Assembly (NCBI RefSeq): GCF_009914755.1
Contig: NC_060926.1
From: the human T2T-CHM13v2.0 reference genome, Homo sapiens
Direction: 5' to 3' (one strand)
DNA length: 64,000 bases
This document shows, one piece after another, positions 56,010 to 64,000 of the stretch. The notes below the pieces were generated by a model. It ran no database searches and was not told where the DNA came from. It was given only the letters and a program-made list of their open reading frames with translations. Position 1 is the first letter of the stretch. Every line of letters begins with the position of its first letter. A program made the position numbers and the translations under genes.

Positions 56010-56210
56010 AGTTTTAAAGGTTGATAGACATAGATTCAAGTCTTAGTTCTACCACAGAGACAAACTGCTTAACCTTGGCAAATAGCTTAAACTTGTTCAC
56101 TTTTCTAAAAAGAAAATAATGATATCTAGCTTTTTTTTAAAGATTAAATAAGCTATGATTACTAAATTACTTAAAACAGTGGCTTAACACAAATGAACAA
56201 ATACTAGTTC
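56010..56210 (+). mobile_element. MIR
   Basis: AGACATAGATTCAAGTCTTAGTTCTACCAC..AACCTTGGCAAATAGCTTAA. Confidence 0.65.
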
Positions 56211-56418
56211 CGGTTACTCTAGAATGTCTGGTATATCCTTTGTCAGCAAGCAGTTTTTAACGGATCCTAAAATGCTTTAGGTATTTTTACGTGAAAATGA
56301 AAAAAATGAATGGAAGATCAATTTCAAGAATGTTTACGAGGTTAATATGCGGAAGTTTGAATAGTTGATGAGGGGAGATTATGAATTTATTTGTTTTTTT
56401 TCTATAAAGTACATAATT

Positions 56419-56711
56419 TCACAGTGGCTCATGCATGTGACCCTAGCACTTTGAGAGGCAGAGGTGGGCAGATCACTTGAGGTCAAGAGTTCAAGACCTG
56501 CCTGGGTAATATGATGAAACCCCATCTCTACCAAAAATACAAAAATTAGCTAGGTGTGGTGGCATGCACCTGTAATCCCAGCTACTTGGGAGGCTGAGGT
56601 GGGAGAATTTGCTAGAACCTGGAAGGCAGAGGTTGCAGTGAGCCAAGATCGCACCACTGCACTTCAGCCCAGCGAGAGAGCAAGACTCTATTTCAAAAAA
56701 AAAAAAAAAAA
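56419..56711 (+). mobile_element. Alu (Sz/Jb-like)
   Basis: Dimeric Alu with poly(A). Confidence 0.92.
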
Positions 56712-57825
56712 TCTTTTAAAATAGCATATATTACTTTGGAACTATAAAATATTAAAATTAATGAACAATAACAACACACTGTGCTTTAGATACTTTTTCT
56801 ACTTCTGTAATCATTTAGCACATAGCTGTATGTAAAACAAACTAAAATACTAAAAGAAATGCTCATTTGTAGCCTGTCAGTATGGACCCATGCTATCCTT
56901 TTGGGTTAGAGCTATTGAATGTTTTTCTTTTTATTGTATCATAAGAAAATGTTAATAGAATATGGTTACAATGGAAAAATAATTATTCAGAACTTAAAAC
57001 ATAGGTGAAGAAAACCTCTGAAGAGGAGTCCTTTTGGAATACCATCAGTGGTAAATATGAGAAACTTACCATAATGACTTTTCTAAAATATGTAAATCTC
57101 CACAATATGTTCTGATTTTCTGAAGATCAAGCCAAAAAAATAGAATAATTATACTTCAGTGATTATTTTAATGACTTATAGATAGAAATTTAATGACTTA
57201 TAGACAGCTGTGCAATTTTCACAAGGTTAAACCGTATCGATAGTGTGGTTCAAGTTAAATATTTTTCCTTTCAATATAAAAATCTCTCATGCTTATATAG
57301 AGCTTTTCAAAGACTTGTGCATTTATCACACTTGTCATAAAATCACTTACATAAATAGAACATTTAAAATGAAGGATCTCACAATATCCGTTTTTAAATA
57401 GGTTGAAATTAAAATTTGTCACGTAATTTTCATCTGCTTGTTTATTAACAGCATAAAGAAGCCGTGCAACCCAACATAAGAATTTCAGCTCTACATGATA
57501 CTTCTCTGTGCCCACTTATTGCCTTACTCAATTTGAGGTAACACTTTTCAGAACCTTGTATTAAATCACTTTTTTGTTTCCTTGTCTGAAGGGAAACATA
57601 TTTCTAGTCTACATCATGCAAATATAAGTAATAATATTCAACTTATTCCTTAAGGCCGTCTTTAACACTGTATTATTATCAATAATTGTATAAAATGTAG
57701 AATATAACAGTTCTAAACACAATACTAGAAAACCAAACCTACATAGAAGACCGAGTTCATCATGACCAACTTACCTTTATTCCAGATAAAGTGATGATTC
57801 AATATTAGAAAATAAAATTTACTAC

Positions 57826-58190
57826 TGTATTAGTCCATTTTCACACTGCTGATAAAGACATACCCCAGACTGGACAATTTACAAAAGAAAGAGGTTTTCT
57901 GGATTTACAGTTCCACATGCCTTGGGAGACCTCAGAATCATGGTGGAAGGTGAAAGGCACATCTCACATGGCAGCTGACAAGAGAAGAGAGCTTGTGCAG
58001 AAAAACTCTCGTTTTTAAAACTATCAGATCTCATGAGACTTATTCAATATCATGAGAACAGCATGGTAAAGACCCTCCCCCCACCCCATGATTCAATGAT
58101 CACCTACCAGGATTCCCCCATGACACATGGGAGTTGTGGGAATTACAATTCAAGATGAGATTTGGGTGAGGACACAGTTAAACCATATCA
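57826..58190 (-). mobile_element. THE1B/C solo LTR
   Basis: TGTATTAGTCCATTTTCACACTGCTGATAAAGACATACCC..GAGATTTGGGTGAGGACACAG..AAACCATATCA; TSD ACTAC/ACTGC. Confidence 0.93.
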
Positions 58191-59210
58191 ACTGCATTCA
58201 AAATGAAAGAAGAAATTACAATGATGTCAATAAATAAAAGAAGATTGATATAAATGTAACATAAATTTACAAAAACACTATTAGAAGTTTAGGAATGTAA
58301 AAAGTCTTGCCCAACTTGACAAAGGGCATCTATGTTTAAAAACTTTCTAAAATACTACCATAAATAGGCAAAGTTTTTGGAAAGCATTCCTTTAAACATC
58401 AGGAAAAAGGCAAAAATTTCCACTTTACTCACAACAATTCAACATTGTTCTGTAGATCCTAATCAATCAATAAAATAATTATAAAATTTGAATTGTATGA
58501 ATTAAAACTGTGATTACAAATCATAGTGATTGCAAATCACTAAATTGTCTAATAGAAAACCCAGAGCACTAAAAACATAATAGTAACAATAAATATCAGA
58601 GACTATCAAGATAGCTAAATTTAATTAGTAATTATGAATTCATAAATATGATTAAAAAGAGATACCATTTATAATAGCAGTAGAGCATCAAAGATTAAAG
58701 CCAGTAAATTATAAATACAATTTAAGAAATAATAAATTATTTAAGAAGAATATGATATTACATTTAAAGAAACCAACATAATTGGAAAAATCTTATAACA
58801 ATAAAGAGAAATCATTACTTTCCCCCATAATAAGGGCTAGATTTTATCCAATTTCAATGAAAACATTAACAAATAATTTAAATTTGAGAAGATGATTTTA
58901 AAAGTTACATAGGAAAACAAATGTTTAGGAGCAACCATGGCTTTGTTGTAAAAGAAAAATTAGAAAAAAAGTAATCGTGCTATCATTTATCAAATCTTAT
59001 ATAGACATATTAATTAAGGCACTGTGAAAATAGAAGTAGGATAAACAAAATAAGCAATAAAAAGAAGACAAATAAGAATCCCAGAAATAGACCCAAACAT
59101 TTATGAATATTTTATATAAATGGCATTACTAAGATAAGAAGGAAATATTTAATAATGCTGCTGGGAAAAGTTGATAATTTAGATAGAAAAATAAAATTAT
59201 GTCCCCACAA

Positions 59211-59211
<1 letters not shown>

Positions 59212-59257
<46 letters not shown>
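59212..59257. repeat. Pure (AC)23 microsatellite
   Basis: Uninterrupted tract; likely a length-polymorphic STR. Confidence 0.95.
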
Positions 59258-59258
<1 letters not shown>

Positions 59259-60504
59259 AGATAGATTTAAAACTGAAATGTGAAAGGCAAATTCTTCAAA
59301 TCTGAGAAGATAATCACAATGACCTTTGGGTTACATGACTCAAAAAATATTAACTATAAGGAAAAGGAACATTTCAGAAAATTTAACTATATTAAAATGG
59401 AAAAGAGGTTTTTTATTAAAAGAAAGAAAAACTCAACTTACAAACTGAAATAAAATAGCTGAAATACATATAAATAATAAATGATTAATATTACAAGCAT
59501 ATAGGAGGATTTAAAAAATTAAAAAGTTATTAAAAATATGACATAATATAAAATCTTAAAAAAAGGAGCAAAGAAATAAGCAGATATCATGCCTATGGAG
59601 GCAGGCTTAAAAAACATTAAAAGGTGTTCAGCCTCTTAAGTAGTTATGGAAATGAAATTAATGCTGTTATGAAATAGCTTTTTATACTCATACAATGACA
59701 ATAAAATACAATATCTTATACTATTATGTTTTTGTGATCATATGGATTGATGAGTAATACAACACAATGCTGATGGGAATGTAAGTTGGTACAACATCCA
59801 TTGTACAGTTGGGTACAATTTTTTAAGGCAATTTTACAGTTTTGTAAAACAGTTTAGTATCATGTTATAACACAGAACAGTCACTTAGGCTGTGACTCAG
59901 CAATTCAATTTATTTGTGCATTATCTAGAGACAAAATATTGTGTGTATTTTTGTATATGTAGAACTATATATACATACACAAAAAGTGTCATTATGGCAT
60001 TATTTATAATAGCAAAATTGTTGTTTGACAGAAGAATTGATAAGTGATATGATATAGTCACCCAATGGATATTATATAGCAGTCAAAATAAATGAACAAC
60101 TACACACAGCTACATGAATAAGCTTTTTGTAGAAGACAGCATGATGCAATTTTTAGAAACCTCAAACACAAATACAACTGACTGCATTGTTTTTACATAT
60201 GAAAGGGAGAGACGACTTATATTAAGGATATTATAAACAAAGTTTAGAATTTTGATTGTTTTGGGGAAGGGAGGAGGTAAAAGGAAGAGCTAGCAAAAAA
60301 GGATATAAGAAAGTGAAAGTATTTGATATTGTTCTAGCTCTTATTAAAATGCTAGGTTCACAGTTAAATGATCGATTCAATCAATTATTTTAATTTATAA
60401 TGAACATACATATTCAAATGAATATACCTTTATTATTTGCATCTATTCTATATATATAATGCACAATTTTTAACTTTAAACAAATGAAAGCATGTGAATA
60501 TTGA

Positions 60505-60825
<321 letters not shown>

Positions 60826-61930
60826 CCAAATATTTAGAACTTGAACAATATTTATCAACATCAAACTACATGAGAGCCATTATTTTATTTTCCTGTTTTC
60901 CCTATTTTTGATTGACTTTGTTGAGAGTTTTCAGCATATTTCCTTGTTTCATATACTGTTGTCAAATAGGATAAACTGTTTCAGACACAAAAGCTGTGTC
61001 AAATAGCTTGAGCATGAATTTTGTAGTATTTGTTAGATTACTCTTAAAATTGTCTTTGTTTTGGACAGCTGGGTATTTAAAATTTTAAGAATTCATCATA
61101 TAAGCTGAAAATATGACATTTGTAAATATGTTAGGAAATAATCACCCCAATTCATAGAAATACCATAATAATTAAAAACACATCTGATAAAGCACAACTT
61201 AATCATAATGGTAAATCTGTAAGAAAATAACATGCTATTTTCTTATTTGGATGGGTTACTGTACAAACAAATATTAAGCTATGACAAAATGCCAGACACA
61301 CTCACGTGGACCTTGCCTGGTGGATTATGCAGTAGTGTGCACCTTAACTGTTAGTCTGCCTCATTGGTACAATTAAACAAGAGTAGACATGTTCAGACTT
61401 AAAACAAAAAGTAGTTATAGAATATCCACAACTTTTAAAATCAAAACACAATTTCAAGGAATTCAGATATATGCAGCTGTGTTAACAGGAGCCTTATTCT
61501 GCATCAATCAATTGGTATATTAATGATATCAATTGATTATATAAATCAATTGATAAAATCATTCCCATAATTGAAATCATTGATGTTCTCTAACATGTCC
61601 ATATTTATGATATCATAATGTAAATATACATATTGCATATTAGTTTGAAAAGAGATCAATAATGAATACAATTCAAATACGATTTTCAGAATTCTCTTTC
61701 TTTTCTGAAGAACATGAGGATCTTGGTTAAAGCCACAGAATGCTGCTTGGCTGCAGCCAGGGTTAATTGGAGGAGCTTCTATCCATGAGCCTGAGGCTAA
61801 CACGTTGAAGTCGGACTGGTGGAGTTAGTTTCCTCAGCTCATACTCTGAAGGAGGTGAGAGACTTGAAGATCACACTATCCTGGTCATATAGCCTTGTTC
61901 ATGCTGGGGCCACACAAATTTATACATTTT

Positions 61931-62055
61931 GCAGGAATATACTTGTAGGACCATACTCATTTATTTGGAGGATAAATCCTTGTAGGAATATACTTGTAGG
62001 AATCCTTGTAGGAATATACTCATTTATCTGGTAAATATACTCATTTATCAGGTAA
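61931..62055. repeat. Mosaic short tandem repeat made of two unit types
   Basis: CTTGTAGGA x4 and ATACTCATTTAT x3, interleaved. Confidence 0.85.
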
Positions 62056-63172
62056 AAAACAGAGGGAATGCTAGTTTGGAAATATTGATATAGTTGTTAA
62101 ATCCATGCTTAAAATGAGTCTATTTGCCCATGGAAATGCTTATTGAAGCTTGCTGTCTATAGCCAAATATTGAAGAGAATCATGAGCTTTAATAACTATA
62201 GTAAACTGTCTCCTATTTCAACGAGGTTTTTAAATTTTTTTAAACATCTACTACATGCCCGTCACTATTTCTTTTCTTTCAGAGAAGTTCATGCTCTAAT
62301 ATAGTATACTTAAGAAAAACCACGTATTCCATTTAAAGGTCTTTTATGTTAACTTTTACGTTTTCTTTAATTATATTGAAAGGATGCAGTACCTGACAAG
62401 TTGTAAATAGTGACATCGAACAATAACATTACTATTTTAATAGTATTTAATGGAACATAAAGCTTATAATAATTTGATATCGACCGTCCTTCATTTAAAA
62501 GTAGATGAGCAAGCTCTTCTTTAACACAGACAACTTTCATTTTCTTTTTCTCTTTGAACTCATATTTCAATTTTACTTTTTCCCCATATTTCAATACTCA
62601 TGTAGCATATAAGTTTGTAAGTCTTTTACTGATAACTTCATCATACCTATCGAAATTAAAATGAGTGTATTCATTGAGATTTTTACATTTGTTTTGTTTC
62701 CTGAGATGTACGTTATAATAATATTTTGGGATTGGGTTAAAGTATTATTATAATTACTATTATTATCAATAATAGTAATTATTAACATATTTACAGTTTA
62801 AAATATTTAACATATTTACAGTTTAAAGATGGAATTTATATGTGATATAATTTTATAATTATGAAACAAATCTATTTCTTAATGACATAAAACATTATCA
62901 AAAATTGCATTTAAAAAAGAATACAGCAAAAAAATTAATTTTTGAGAATTATCAAGTTATTTTTTTGGAAGTAGAAAAGATAATCGTATTTAAGAAAAAA
63001 TAAAATGAGAATTGACTATAATTGGAAAAACTTTTATGATACGATTTGAATTTTTTGACTACCTTATTGAATAATCCACAGTGAATCTGAAAATAATAAC
63101 ATAGAAAGTTTGTCCTTATATATTATCTAATATAATGTAAAAATGTAAAAGTCCCAGAAAACTTTCTAGTTA

Positions 63173-63230
63173 TTTGGTTGGTGCAAAAGTAACTGTGGCA
63201 AAAATTGCAATTACTTTTGCACAAATCTAA
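63173..63230. mobile_element. MADE1 (Hsmar1-derived MITE), internally deleted
   Basis: GGTTGGTGCAAAAGTAA..TTACTTTTGCACAAATCTAA palindrome with TA flanks at 63171-63172 and 63231-63232. Confidence 0.9.
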
Positions 63231-63298
63231 TACATTTAAAAATCCACACGACTAACATATTTCTACTTTGGCAAGGCAGATCTGTTTTGGTTTTCCTC

Positions 63299-63694
63299 TG
63301 ATACGATTTGGATCTCTGTCCCCGCCCAAATCTTATGTTGAATGGTAATTCCCAGTGTTGGAGGTGGGGCCTGGTGGGAGATGATTGGATCATGGGGGTG
63401 GTTTAGCACCATGCTTTTGCTGCTATTCTCCTGATAGAGTTCTCATGAGATCTGTTTGTTCATATGTGTGTGGCACCTACCCCCTCTGTCTCTTCCTCCT
63501 GCCCTGCCTTTTAATGGGTTCCTGCTCCCACGTCACCTTCTGCCATGATTGAATGTTTCCTGAGGCCTCCCCAGAAACCGGTGTTACCGTGCTTTCCGTA
63601 TAGCCTGCGGGACCGTGAGCCAATTACACCTCTTTTCTTTATAAATTACCTAGTCTCAGGTATTTCATTATAGCATTGCAAGAAACGAGTCTCA
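63299..63694 (+). mobile_element. MSTA/MSTB solo LTR
   Basis: TGATACGATTTGGATCTCTGTCCCC..GGAGGTGGGGCCTGGTGGGAG..TTTATAAATTACCTAGTCTCAGGTATT; TSD TCCTC/TTCTC. Confidence 0.92.
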
Positions 63695-64000
63695 TTCTCT
63701 CAGGGGTCTCTGCCTCAAAAGGAATGTTTTCTTTGAAGATACTGAGGAGATGGAGGAGGCAAAGAATATAAATGTATTATGTTCTTAGTACTTCTACATA
63801 CCAGTATACCATATATCTTAATTCACATACACCAAGATACTTTTTTGTTACTAAGTTTTATATCTGCCACTTCACCACACCCCACAGAACATAGGTTTAT
63901 GGGACCTTAATTAATAATCTTTAAAAGAGATCATGTTTGTTTGGTTCCTTAGAGGTTTTCACATTCTGGGCCAAATCACCTTAGTAAAACTTGTAACAGG

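Larger units (their letters stand above)
57700..60480 (+). mobile_element. Old L1ME-like ORF2 and 3'UTR remnant
   Basis: GAAAGCATTCCTTTAAACATCAGG; ATCCCAGAAATAGACCC; GCTGATGGGAATGTAAGTTGGTACAAC; ATTATATAGCAGTCAAAATAAATGAA. Confidence 0.8.

Noticed and set aside
57167-57204. 16-bp direct repeat TTTAATGACTTATAGA (also a 10-bp duplication at 22064-22083)
   Set aside because: Ordinary slippage duplications with no further structure.

Overview
This is AT-rich primate (human-like) non-coding DNA, either intergenic or deep intronic. I could not support any protein-coding exon, RNA gene or CpG-island promoter. The longer ORFs are remnants of transposable elements (Tigger transposases, L1 ORF1/ORF2, Alu) or translations of microsatellites. 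Transposable elements dominate: a near-full-length Tigger1 (1-2351), a full-length Tigger2 with TIRs and TA TSD (26421-29089), a 5'-intact but 3'-deleted L1PA8/10-like L1 (48857-55027), several old L1M and L2 elements, about 12 Alus, MaLR/ERVL solo LTRs, MIRs, MER58A and a MADE1 MITE. The signal least explained by routine annotation is that three TA-rich microsatellites contain short copies of nearby unique sequence. The clearest case is a perfect 27-bp inverted copy of 41315-41341 at 44379-44405. The others are a 91-bp direct copy of 40841-40931 at 38950-39040 and weaker inverted copies near 8.3 kb. These suggest repeated local templated insertion at (TA)n tracts. Candidate regulatory motifs (CTCF, D-box cluster, DUX4, ARE, p53) are motif-level only. 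I see no evidence for a new gene-encoded system. Subfamily calls rely on recalled consensus sequences, and the boundaries of old repeats are approximate.
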